DNA of 60,974 nucleotides, counting the filler, from Nemertoderma westbladi (taxonomy: Eukaryota > Animalia > Xenacoelomorpha), in the NCBI GenBank assembly GCA_032718475.1. It is 3 parts of 3 records of this genome, joined end to end, with 100 filler letters (N's around TTAATTAATTAA, not from the genome) between each part and the next. Parts side by side here need not be neighbours in the genome. Positions count along the whole stretch, not along the records: positions 1 to 19,531 come from JAUCBJ010003083.1; 2 more parts are not named here. One strand, written 5' to 3'. The notes beneath the pieces were generated by a model that worked only from the letters and a program-made list of their open reading frames with translations, searched no databases and was not told where the DNA came from. Position 1 is the stretch's first letter, and the number at the start of each line of letters is the position of its first letter. Shown piece by piece: positions 1-11,359 of the stretch. Both the position numbers and the translations under genes were made by a program.

Positions 1-1305
1 TAATCCAGCCGGTCCGACTGCCCAGTGATTCACAGCTGCAACCTAGAATGCGACAAGTAATGGCAATGCAACCATTTAGTACTATCGCCACAAGTATCAA
101 GTACTACTCAATCTTCTGCTGCCCGTGTGCTGCTTAATTCACAACCTATTTCCATCGGCTCAATGGTATTACTTGAAACAGTTACCTTATTACCTCCTGT
201 TGTACACCGTTCCCCAGTGTTGCAACGGTTTCGAATGGGATATGTTTTTACAGGTTGTTTCTTTTTCTGCTCGGAAGCATTTCATCATTTTCAGCTTGCC
301 GGCTCATAGTACTCGCAATATCGTTAAGGAGTGTTGTCACTTAGGTCAGCAATTTCAACTTCAACAGACATAATTAATAATTCGTTTGTAACGTATTTAA
401 AGTTTCACTATGCAGCATAAAACACATACAAAGACAGTAGGCCTAATCCAATAAATAGAAAATTATACGATTCGAAATTCCCACTATAAAACAATGGCCT
501 TATTGTGTTATTCCATTGGATAGTCCCATGATTACTATGGAAATATACATAAAAAGTTGTCGCTTAGGTTGTTATAAAAAAATAGGCCTAACAAACAGTT
601 TTTGCGCGGGAAAGCGCAAACCTTAAAGACAATTATCCCGGAATGGTATTTTTTCATTTTTAAAACACTACTCCTTCGCCATTTTTCAACCAATTTGTAA
701 GTTTTTGGTATCAAATGAAAGGTTCTAGTGTGTGCAATAATAAAATTCGAGCAGTTTCTTTAGTTTTGCAATTGTTAATCTGTTACAAAAAAATTTTCGG
801 AAAAAAAACAGTGCGTTTTAAAAAGTCTGAAAATTATTTTTAAAACTAGCGGTTTTTTCCTTGAAAATTACGAAACAAAAATTCCTTCGAATATTTTCAC
901 GTAATAAATAGACCGTGCTGATTGAAAAAAACAGGTTACAACTTCTGAAAATAATGCCTAACAAAGGAGTAGCATTTCAAATAGTATGTAGCACAGTCTA
1001 AAACATAAATTCTGGTTCTGACCGCTAAGGGTCGTAAATTTTTTATTTTTTTAATATTTCAATTCAATATAGTCCACCCAAAATGTATCTTACACTTGAT
1101 TCCTACAATAGCTTTGTATAAAATAGTCAAGTTGAGGGCAATACTGGGGTTAATTTAATACTGTATAACAGGTCGTATCGTGAAACATGTACAGTATAAT
1201 TTAGTGCTGTATTTTTAATACATTACCGACGGTGAAGGCTGTAATACTTATTTTTTGAGCGTAGGTAGTACTTTATTATAATGCGTTTTGTTGGGGGCCA
1301 ATCCA

Positions 1306-3433
1306 ATTACACAACCTGTTGTGAGGAATAACACAACATGTAGTGAGGAATAACACAACCTGTAGTGAGGAATAACACAACCTGTAGTGAGGAATAACAC
1401 AACCTGTAGTGAGGAATAACACAACCTGTAGTGAGGAATAACACAACCTGTAGTGAGGAATAACACAACCTGTAGTGAGGAATAACACAACCTGTAGTGA
1501 GGAATAACACAACCTGTAGTGAGGAATAACACAACCTGTAGTGAGGAATAACACAACCTAAGTGTTAGGAATAACACAACCTGTAGTGAGGAATAACACA
1601 ACCTGTAGTGATGAATAACACAACCTGTAGTGAGGAATAACACAACCTGTAGTGAGGAATAACACAACCTGTAGTGAGGAATAACACAACCTGTAGTGAT
1701 GAATAACACAACCTGTAGTGATGAATAACACAACCTATAGTGAGGAATAACACAACCTGTAGTGAGGAATAACACAATATAGTGAGGAATAACACAACCT
1801 GTAGTGAGGAATAACACAACCTGTAGTGATGAATAACACAACCTGTAGTGAGGAATAACACAACCTGTAGTGAGGAATAACACAACCTGTAGTGAGTGAA
1901 TAACACAACCTGTAGTGAGGAATAACACAACCTGTAGTGAGGAATAACACAACCTGTAGTGAGGAATAACACAACCTGTAGTGAGGAATAACACAACCTG
2001 TAGTGAGGAATAACACAACCTGTAGTGATGAATAACACAACCTGTAGTGAGGAATAACACAATATAGTGAGGAATAACACAACCTGTAGTGAGGAATAAC
2101 ACAACCTGTAGTGAGGAATAACACAACCTGTAGTGATGAATAACACAACCTGTAGTGAGGAATAACACAACCTGTAGTGAGGAATAACACAACCTGTAGT
2201 GAGGAATAACACAACCTGTAGTGAGGAATAACACAATATAGTGAGGAATAACACAACCTAAGGTGTTGAATAACACAACCTAAGGTGTTGAATAACACAA
2301 CCAGTAGTGAGGAATAACACAACCTGTAGTGATGAATAACACAACCTGTAGTGATGAATAACACAACCTGTAGTGAGGAATAACACAACCTGTAGTGAGG
2401 AATAACACAACATGTAGTGATGAATAACACAACCTGTAGTGAGGAATAACACAACCTGTAGTGAGGAATAACACAATATAGTGAGGAATAACACAACCTG
2501 AGGTGTTGAATAACACAACCTATAGGTGTTGAATAACACAACCAGTAGTGAGGAATAACACAACCTGTAGTGAGGAATAACACAACCTGTAGTGAGGAAT
2601 AACAATATACAGTAGTGTGGAACAACATAACCTGAGAGGTTGAATAACACAACCTATAGGGAGAAATAACACAATCTGTAGTGAGGAATAAAACAACCTG
2701 TACTGAGGAACAACACAACCTTAGGTGTTGAATAACACAACCTGAGGTGTTGAATAACACAACATATAGTGAGAAATAATTCAACCTGTAGTGAGGAATA
2801 ACACAACCTGAGGTGTTGAATAACACAACATATAGTGAGAAATAACACAACCTGTAGTGAGGAATAACACAACCTGTAGTGAGGAATAACACAATACAGT
2901 GAGGAACAACACAACCTGAGGTGTTGAATAACACAACCTGTAGTAAGGAATAACACAATCGGAGGTGTTGAATAACACAACATATAGTGAGAAATAACAC
3001 AACATATAGTGAGAAAAAACACAATCTGTAGTGAGGAATAACATAACCTGTAGTGAGGAATAAAACAATATAGTGAGGAACAACACAACCTAAGGTGTTG
3101 AATAACACAACCTGTAGTAAGGAATAACACAACCTGGGGTGTTGAATAACACAACCTGTAGTAAGGAATAACACAACCTGGGGTGTTGAATAACACAACC
3201 TGTAGTAAGGAATAACACAACCTGGGGTGTTGAATAACACAACATATAGTGAGAAATAACACAACCTGTAGCGAGGAATAACACAATATAGTGAGGAACA
3301 ACACAACCTGGGGTGTTGAATAAACAACATATAGTGAGAAATAACACAACCTGTAGCGAGGAATAATACAATATAGTGAGGAAAAACACAACCTGGGGTG
3401 TTGAATAAACAACATATAGTGAGAAATAACACA
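1306..3433. repeat. 22-bp tandem satellite
   Basis: Unit CCTGTAGTGAGGAATAACACAA, nearly homogeneous to ~2250, then mixed with variants (AGGTGTTGAATAACACAA, ATATAGTGAGAAATAAC). Explains all overlapping minus-strand ORFs. Confidence 0.97.
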
Positions 3434-4455
3434 TGTTTCGAGTCAAAACAGGCGATCAGGTAGCGCCTCCTGCAATTTATGCTATGCTATACTGGTACTG
3501 CTTCGCATTACATATTAATATCGTATCGATAATTAAAATGATTCCGAATGGCATTCCCAAATGGATAACCCATTCCGCGTGAAACTAAAGAACATTTCTA
3601 TATTTATGAATATGGGTTGAATTTATGTTCTTATTATTGTGAATCAAATACGCGAGTAATAATTTACTCTGTCCCACAGTCCAGCTCTACACGAGCATAT
3701 CATACGAACGCAGGAAGCTAACATTAAATCAGCATTACCCGAGCCGGTGGCCCTACTTTATCTATTCTATTGATTAGCGATTCTGTTAATATCCAATAAA
3801 TTACCCCAAAGCTGTGGCCACCCAAACATTTCTTCATTGTGGCATTGCCTCGCTGCCACATATTCAACAAACTATAGAACATTGCAGTTGGCGATCGCTG
3901 GAGAACAACATTTATTTCATTCCATTATGACAATTACGCATCTTATATAATTTGATTTAAAAACATTAGTTAATTAATAGCAATAATATAAGGGTGTTCT
4001 TTGGATTTTGTACGTTTTCAGTTCTGACTCGAGAGTTACTTTCAGTACAGTATACTTGTAGGCTTGATGTCTAGTTACTTTGTGCAATTTGATCGCAAAC
4101 GAACAAAACCAAGGCTTTACCAATTTTATTATAAACTATCATTATTAATTATTGTTTATAGCTTGTTCTACACAACTGTATCATCCCTTTATTCTCTGTT
4201 GTTATTTTATTAATGAAAGTTTATTTTCAGAGATAATTTATTTACTTTATAGCAATCAATTACAATAGTTACAATATAATACATCTGTTTTTTAATTATC
4301 GTAGTTATGATGATGAAATAAACTCAGTATTATTTATCATTCTTGGTGTTACGCAGCTGAAAAATATAATAAAATGAGTGAATAAACTTTAGAGATTATT
4401 AAAACAATAAAAAATATATTACTGAGAAATTGAAAGAAATATTTGTATTCTCGTC

Positions 4456-5877
4456 ATGGCGATGAAGTTATACTTATTCGCTTTATCCCTCTGCTATTTG
4501 CCGGGTAACTTCGGGGAGGTTTATTTCCCTAAAGATATGAAGGCCGATCATTTGTTTCCTCCCATTGTGATGCGATTTAAAACGGAATCCGGAGTGCCGG
4601 AGGGCCACCTGAGACCCCTGGGCTACCAAAAGAAACCGGTGGGTCGCATTAAAGAATACAAAGAGAATGTGTACCCCGACACCCAGACATTCTGGGAAGA
4701 GCATGTAAATGCGAGCGAGCCTTGCACCTTCATAAACATGACAAGAAACTCTAGTCTAACACAGAGATGGACTGATAAATATCTGTTAGGGAAATATAGT
4801 CCCGTATTAGTCGATATGCAAAATCACATCCATCCAAAGTTCGTTAAACATCGCCAAGTTGCTCTCAAGGTATTTATTAATAATTACCAAGAAAAAGATT
4901 ATTTAATCGACGGTCTAATTCCAGAGGAAATGCATACAGAAATTCCTTATCCAATCAGATTACTTTGTGGAAAAATGAAAGAGTACATGCAGTCCCTAAG
5001 TTTATGGATGAGTGCGGGGGCGTTTAGCTCCACTCTAAAGTATAAGGCGGACCACAGTCTGAGTTGTTTGCTGGACGGTAGGAGGGATTACGTACTGATC
5101 CATCCACGAGAGCGGGACCATATGGAGTTCGTTGAGGAGCCGGCCTACTCAGGGGAAGGCGTCTCCAAGCTAAACACCGATATGATCAGCGTGTTTAAGT
5201 ATCCGAAACTCTCCAAACTCCGATGGGTTTGGACGACTCAACGTCCGGGTGATTGCGTGTTCGTACCGGCCGGGTATCTGTTCCAGGTCCGTTCGTACGC
5301 CAGGGCGGTCGCCTACACGTATGCGTGGAGTCCCACGCACGAGTTTAACGTATCTCAATGTCGAGGTGATGTGGAAACAATCGTTAACAAAACAGTGCCA
5401 CTCAATGTTAGTAATGCCTTGGAGCCAGGCGATGTTCTAGGCATAGCGAAGAAGAATTTTACAAAACTCAACGACACTTCGCAAAAACCACCGACAACAG
5501 TTGTGAAAAATTCTGTAAATATCACAGCGGATCAAGTTAAAATGCTATTCGGGTTTAAAAATGGTAAAATTGTATTCAACAGAAACTTAAATCCAGAGAA
5601 CGTTAAATTTATTTTGTTGAGTTGTCTGCGGAAGGAACCATTGCTGCACGCGGAGAGATTCCAGCTGTTTATAAACAGGACGTTTACTTCCGAAGAAGAG
5701 CACTATATAACGCCGGAAGGTGTGTTCCGAGTGTTGGACCCGGAAGGAAGGGGTTTCCTCACCAGGGAGGAGATAATGTCCTTGGATGGTGGAACATTGT
5801 CTCGAGTCGGCAAGTATGTAGGCAAGGCCCAGTACAAGGAGCCGGCGAAGCATGGGCGCTACCACGACGAACTCTAA
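4456..5877 (+). CDS. Single-exon ER-luminal JmjC/cupin-like protein with C-terminal EF-hand-like loop and HDEL (probable pseudo-enzyme)
   Basis: 473-aa ORF, GC-richer than flanks. Hydrophobic N-terminus (MKLYLFALSLCYLPG), JmjC-type segments (FWEEHVNASEPC, WTDKYL, LWMSAG...LLDGRRDYVLI, RPGDCVFVPAGY), EF-hand-like DPEGRGFLTREE, ends HDEL-stop. Confidence 0.85.
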   Translation: MAMKLYLFALSLCYLPGNFGEVYFPKDMKADHLFPPIVMRFKTESGVPEGHLRPLGYQKKPVGRIKEYKENVYPDTQTFWEEHVNASEPCTFINMTRNSSLTQRWTDKYLLGKYSPVLVDMQNHIHPKFVKHRQVALKVFINNYQEKDYLIDGLIPEEMHTEIPYPIRLLCGKMKEYMQSLSLWMSAGAFSSTLKYKADHSLSCLLDGRRDYVLIHPRERDHMEFVEEPAYSGEGVSKLNTDMISVFKYPKLSKLRWVWTTQRPGDCVFVPAGYLFQVRSYARAVAYTYAWSPTHEFNVSQCRGDVETIVNKTVPLNVSNALEPGDVLGIAKKNFTKLNDTSQKPPTTVVKNSVNITADQVKMLFGFKNGKIVFNRNLNPENVKFILLSCLRKEPLLHAERFQLFINRTFTSEEEHYITPEGVFRVLDPEGRGFLTREEIMSLDGGTLSRVGKYVGKAQYKEPAKHGRYHDEL

Positions 5878-6016
5878 TAGTCGGTCAGTACAGTAGGTAC
5901 GGTGGAGGTACAGTGTGCGTAGAAATGATACATTTATGGTGAAAAAAGACTGAAACATACTTCAACAGGCCAAGATAAAATCAGCTACCAAAAATAACAA
6001 CAACCTTGGAAAAAGG

Positions 6017-6172
6017 CAGCTGGAGGGGGTCGATAATCTGAGAGGGGGCTGATCAGCTGATAGGGGGTCCTTTCAGCTGAGAGGGGGTTGATCAGCTGAG
6101 AGGGGGTTGATCAGCTGAGAGGGGGTTGATCAGCTGAGAGGGGGTCCGATCACATGAGAGGGGGTCCGATCA
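6017..6172. repeat. Short 19-20-bp minisatellite
   Basis: About 7-8 copies of (GAT)CAGCTGAGAGGGGGTT just 3' of the JmjC stop. Confidence 0.85.
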
Positions 6173-6578
6173 ATGAATTAATTTTGATGTTATCATATTT
6201 ACAAAATCATTTACACGTTTTAGTACATTTCTGGTACACGTACTCTGTACACGCACAGTCAAATAAAAATAAATTAATGGAGTTTCAAGGTGCAGTATAT
6301 CAGTGTGCTGTCTTTATTTTGGCCTATAGGCGGTATGTTTTCGGCTGTATCACTATGCGGATTATAGTTTAAAAAATAAATTTTAAATCATTTGTAGTAT
6401 TAACATTAATTACCATGTTTCGAAAAAAGAGGGAATATATTATAAGTAGAAAAAATTCTAAATTCATAACGATTTTGGAATCCATTGAGGATTGAGAAAC
6501 ACCAAAAATGTTTAGACACAATGGTACTGTAGTCATGTAGACCTACATAAGCATTGCCGATACTAAAATATTAATTTA

Positions 6579-6836
6579 TCACGTCAACACCTCAAAGAAA
6601 TCATTTAGCTAATTATTCTAAAGAATCACCATTAAATACTCAGCCAATCATTTTGCAAGATAAACAATAGGCAAGATGGCTTTATTAGTCTGGCTCATTA
6701 CACTGCCTGTCCTATAGATGTAATAACCCATTGCTCGAATAGTGGTGAGGTGGGACTGGTTCCCAGCTTGGAAATAACAAGCACGCCATGGAGTGAGGGA
6801 GCTAGCTGGAAGTATAGCTTGGAGATACAGGGCATT
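6579..6836. repeat. Dispersed repeat copy 1 (unclassified)
   Basis: Aligns by eye with 14067-14392 (GTCAAC.CCTCAA.GAAAT.ATTTAGC...CAGCCAAT.ATTTTGC...TCTGGCTC.TTAC..TGC.TGTCCTA.AGATG). Confidence 0.7.
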
Positions 6837-7210
6837 TTAATAAGTTAATTAAGTTTAGATCAGAATTCAAAACACATTTCTTAAACTAAATCACTTGAAA
6901 TAATTAAAAACTATAATGGAATGGGGTATGGGGATTACAGCTGTATAATTTTTAAGTATACATTAATTATTTTAATCTTATACTAGAAAATAATTAATTT
7001 CTATTCCGTATATTTCTATTTACTAATTATTAATATTCTATTTCAACTTAATCAACTAATTAACTGCTTTTACATTAGTTTCAATAACTTATCTTTTATT
7101 GGCGCAATTGTAGGACTAATCCCATCGCATGCGTACTTTTTAACTGGGTAGTGTACAAATTTAGGAATCGCGTAATTTTTTCTTGAAATTAATATCTCAT
7201 ATCTCTCCAA

Positions 7211-7256
7211 ACCACGTACGCGTTTCGACCTTACTGGGGGGTCTCATCAGCGTGGT
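7211..7256 (-). ncRNA. Minimal type I hammerhead ribozyme
   Basis: Minus strand: ACCACG-CUGAUGA-GACC-ccccaguaa-GGUC-GAA-ACGCGU-A-CGUGGU. Stem I is 6 bp, core intact, stem II 4 bp, short palindromic stem III, GUA cleavage triplet (cut between 7217 and 7216). Confidence 0.9.
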
Positions 7257-7318
7257 GTCGGATTCGAACCTGGGACCTCGAGGTGGAAGCCGAGACTACA
7301 ACCACTAGGCCACAGGTT
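7257..7318 (-). promoter_or_regulatory. tRNA(Gly,TCC)-like Pol III head (A/B boxes), not a functional tRNA
   Basis: TGGCCTAGTGGT (A box), CTCGG-CTTCCAC-C(T)CGAG anticodon-like arm, GGTTCGAATCC (B box). The 3' T-stem/acceptor strand is replaced by hammerhead stem I. Confidence 0.75.
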
Positions 7319-8907
7319 CTTGAGATATGGAGTATTAATTTCAAAGACAGCTGCCATGTTATTAGCCCCTGAGTTTTTGATTATTCATAGTAACAATGTG
7401 TTGGCAAGCTGTATTTTTCGAGGTGTTTGTTATTATACATTTATTATAGGAAGGGTTCTAGGTCGAATACCTTTACCTCGAATTATAAGTTTATTTTACC
7501 GAAATAACTTATCTTTTATTGGCGCAAAAGATAAGTTATTTTCGGTAAAATAAACTTATCATTCGAGGTTAAGACCCCTAGATCCCTTCCTATAATAAAT
7601 GTATAATAACAAACACCTCGAAAAATACAGCTTGACAACACATTGTTACTGAACTGAATTAATATATTATAGCTATTATTACAGTATTATAACATAACTT
7701 GGATAATTAATAAGGCTAATTTCATTTGGCCACCAAAACAACATATGGGACTACGACTACCACCCATTTCAGCATTTAGAAATCCAAAATGTTCGCAAAG
7801 TTTCCAATCTCCAAGTATCAGTTTTTTCGACGAATTCCGAAAACAACTGAAAACTAAATAGCAGAAATATATAGACGGAGATTTTGTTACTGCCTCCAAT
7901 TACGTAGAACATATAAATATACAGAGTTGAGTTTGCTTAATAAAGACTCCGAACTCGCACCGATAAGGGCTTTTACTATTTGCCACATCATGATTTACTC
8001 GGGTTTAATTTAGACACCCCAGGATTGTTGGCGCGATAGCTGTATATGCGGTTAAGCAGATAAGGTGTTAGTTCAGTAGTTGTTCAGTTGGACTCTGCTC
8101 TGCTGCTGTGTGGTATATGTGAATCAGCGGTAACAGTACTGCAACATATATTCAACGTGACTACACAATGCAGCACAATATGACTGATATGACGAATAAC
8201 TGAATAAGGAGGACTGACACCTTTAGCAGTTTAGGTACCGGCTGACCGGTATAAGGCAACGTTAAGACAGTCTTATATTTTCCTGTATAAGCCTATTATC
8301 ATCAGAATAGGCCTACTTTATACAGTAGAGGCACCCAATTGCTAACTCACTGGTACAGCTGTACTATTGCAGTACGGCACTACGTAAAACTAGGTAATAC
8401 AAATAATGAGTCATTAAAGACAGCTCTTGTTGCTTTTTGGTGAATTCAAAATTCCCGCTTTACGCTGCTGTGCTGTGATTGGTTGGAAACAAGGCGTAGC
8501 CTACTCTATATACTACTACAGTATGTATAGGGTGAGTGAGGGAGGGATACTTGGGCCCCAAAAGTTATTATCGTTCTAAAGAAAAAGAACAGATAAATGA
8601 ATTTTTCAATGCCGTTTTAACTTTGTCACACTACGATTGCTATCATTATATGTGATAGTTTGAGAATTTCAACCCTTAAACCTTTTAAACGAATAATTCG
8701 AAAAAGCGCCACGTCTCCCTCAATATGAGGAGACGTGACACCGACGAGACTTAACCCCCCCCCCCCTCGCATTCTTGCAAATTTGTACAAAAATGCATGA
8801 GAGGTGAAATACTACTGTAATTACATGTTCAACATGTTTACAGTATTTTATAGTAGAGCAAAAAGAAAATGGAAACTACAGTAAGTTCGCCTCGGTTGGA
8901 AGCTAAG

Positions 8908-9027
8908 GTATGCTTACAGATTAATGTAGGCCTACAGTAAAGTGACTCAAATCCTAACTAATATTGTGTATGCTTACAGATTAATGTAGGCCTACAGTAA
9001 AGTGACTCAAATCCTAACTAATATTGT
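8908..9027. repeat. 60-bp tandem duplication
   Basis: GTATGCTTACAGATTAATGTAGGCCTACAGTAAAGTGACTCAAATCCTAACTAATATTGT x2. Confidence 0.9.
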
Positions 9028-9071
9028 CATGCAACCATAACAATAAAGTTCCTAATGTAAAAGAAACCTAG

Positions 9072-10362
9072 TAGTCAGGTAGACAGGGGGGGTCCACCGT
9101 GACTTTGGGTCATCACGCATTTTTATTTGCTTAAACTTTAGTCGGACCTTAGAGTAATCAAACCCACTTCGGCACCTTTGGGGAACTTTTTATAAAGCAC
9201 TTAACCTAAGTTTCCATAGCAACCAGCATACAAGGTTTTATTTTGAGATATCTGCGACCTTGCACCTATTTCCACAGCTCTTGTTAATTATTCTGAATAA
9301 GATTTCTAGAAGATTAGTTCCCCCCCCCCCCCCCCCCCCCCATAGGAACATTATTAATCATAAATTTTGGCCTTTGGGATGTTTATTAAGATATGCCAAC
9401 TATTAAACTTTAGATTATTAATGTAACTATTTATAAAAGCAAACAATTATCATGACATTTAGTTTTTAATTTAATTTGATGAGTTACTGTAGTTTTCTCC
9501 TTTCAAATGCACATTTTGACGTTTATCTATCCAACGTTTGCAGAAAATAGGTACAGTAGAATCAATGTGCCATCATTCTTTACTGCGTACCTATCTGGGT
9601 ATCTATCCCAAATATTATCCATTACTGGTATTACGAAAGTTAATCAATCAGCTAGAAGAGTTGTATGTTTATTAAATTATTATTACATTGTATATATTTT
9701 TACACTTTGAAGTGGTGCAGGTGCATATTGTAGTACATGGTAGAGCGGCTATAGACAGCCGCATCGATTGGAAGAACAGGCACTTTCGGACTTGCAATTA
9801 CAAGATACAGTTTTAAGGATCGAAATTGGGGCAATGGATGAGACGCCAGGATCCGGTATCAGTTTGTCATTGATCGCCATCCAACCAAATTTGTTAACAG
9901 CCAACAGTGGAGGTGCAGGATCATCAGCAGCTCTCCACAAAAGAACTTGCAAACAAGCCCAAACAAGGTAATCAAAGCTTTCATATCATAGCTAAGTATA
10001 AAATACAGCAATTACAGTATTCAGATCTAAACATATACCAAGGACTTCTAGAACATAGTATATATTCAATATAGAATATATACTATGTTCTAGAAGTCCT
10101 TGACATATACAGATATACGTTCTAGAACACTTTGTTTAATTACTCCAGTAACAAACGTTTATAATTTAATGTAATTTTTGGAATAGATTGACTAATTTGT
10201 ACTTGTATTTTATGTTGTAAAAAAAATTCCCCAAGGTATCCCAACTGGCACCCGGTGAATATTTACATTATTATTATCAGGGAAGACATTGAGAAAATAA
10301 AATTGCGTAATGACCCAAGTTCACGGTCCTCCCTTGAGCTCTATTGAGCGTCTACTGGACTA
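9072..10362 (-). mobile_element. Internally deleted Academ-like DNA transposon
   Basis: Termini TAGTC..GTAGAC / GTCTAC..GACTA, imperfect ~55-70-bp TIRs (CCGTGA.TTGGGTCAT.ACGCA.TTTTATTT), 3-bp TSD TAG (9069-9071, 10363-10365). Internal minus-strand remnant 9749-9970: QVLLW...GW...LIP...AP..ILKTVSCNCKSESACSSNRCGC, resembling the Cys-rich tail that follows the XPG-like domain in AcademX proteins. Confidence 0.65.
10039..10102. mobile_element. 64-bp hairpin mini-MITE (P/hAT-type)
   Basis: Perfect 29-bp inverted arms CAAGGACTTCTAGAACATAGTATATATTC, 6-nt loop, 8-bp TSD ACATATAC (10031-10038, 10103-10110). Confidence 0.85.
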
Positions 10363-11359
10363 TAGAGTATTACTTCAATCGTATTGATTGTTCGGAATTT
10401 CTGAGTGTGAGCGTAAACTTAGTCTTAAAAATCGGATATTTCTATTTCTTTACAATTAATACAATACTTATTAAACTGAAATCAAAAGTTTGTATAATGT
10501 TTATGAAAGAAATTGTTGGTATCTATTTTACAATGGCAGCCTCGTTTGTAAAGATCTCCCTTCCCGTAACATTTAAGCAAATCAGTGAGAAAATTAACCT
10601 CAATAATTAACCAGCCCCTGTGGTGCTTCAGTTGTTGTAGAATTTCTTCCTTCACTCTGTAATTCCTCAACCGAATTGTGTTCAATATATCATTAGTTTG
10701 TATTCCTAGTTTGTTTATTTCTAAAATAAAAGCAAATTTACTAACGTAAAATAAATTACAGAAACACATTTAAAACAGCAATGTTTTTCATTAAATAAAA
10801 GTGAGCCTGGCCCTATCGGAAAGAAACAATTTTTGGCATGAATTGTAATTGACACAGGAATTCGACTAGAGGTAGGCTATTACAGTATTATTCTGCCTGA
10901 ATGAATCAAGTTTTCCATGAAATTGAACGTTTTTTTTATCTGCAAAATCCGGTAGGCAACTACTGTACTGAATATTACAATATAAATTATGTCCTCACTT
11001 TCTCTGAATTGTTCTAGCAATTTTTATAGTAGGCCTATATGGACCACAAACTGGAACTATAGTAGGGGCCTACTAATGGCGTGTAACACGCCATTGATTT
11101 AGGTAAATTTTCAGCGTTAAAGACCCTTGTTTATTTATGTAAACCTCCCTCGCTGCGCTCGCTCGGTATGTAATCCTTGCACGGCCAGCTTTCTAACAGT
11201 ACCAACAAATCATCATAACCATAAGGTTGAAGAATAAACTGCGGTGTAACTGGTGCAATATCGACGGAAGCACTTTTTTAATCGCTTGTACTGTAGCTAA
11301 AGAATGAAAGCGAAAATTGAAACTTTGATTCACCCACGGAGGAGGGAGATGAAACTAAC

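Larger units (their letters stand above)
7083..7650 (-). mobile_element. Non-autonomous Penelope-like/retrozyme-like element
   Basis: 25-bp direct repeat AATAACTTATCTTTTATTGGCGCAA at 7083 and 7503 (420-bp period), followed by an inverted partial copy (7389-7516 vs 7526-7650). Contains a minimal hammerhead. This direct-plus-inverted layout is characteristic of Penelope pLTRs. Confidence 0.65.

Noticed and set aside
1-373. Short ORFs at the window start
   Set aside because: No recognisable motif on either strand; may be a decayed element cut by the window edge.
1248-3446. Long minus-strand ORFs (up to 565 aa)
   Set aside because: Translations of a 22-bp repeat that lacks stops on that strand; the same peptide appears in all frames.
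7257-7318. Functional tRNA-Gly gene
   Set aside because: T-stem and acceptor stem do not pair; treated as a tRNA-derived promoter head.
11149-11166. AAV Rep-binding-like GCTC repeat
   Set aside because: Too short, with no parvoviral ORF or ITR.
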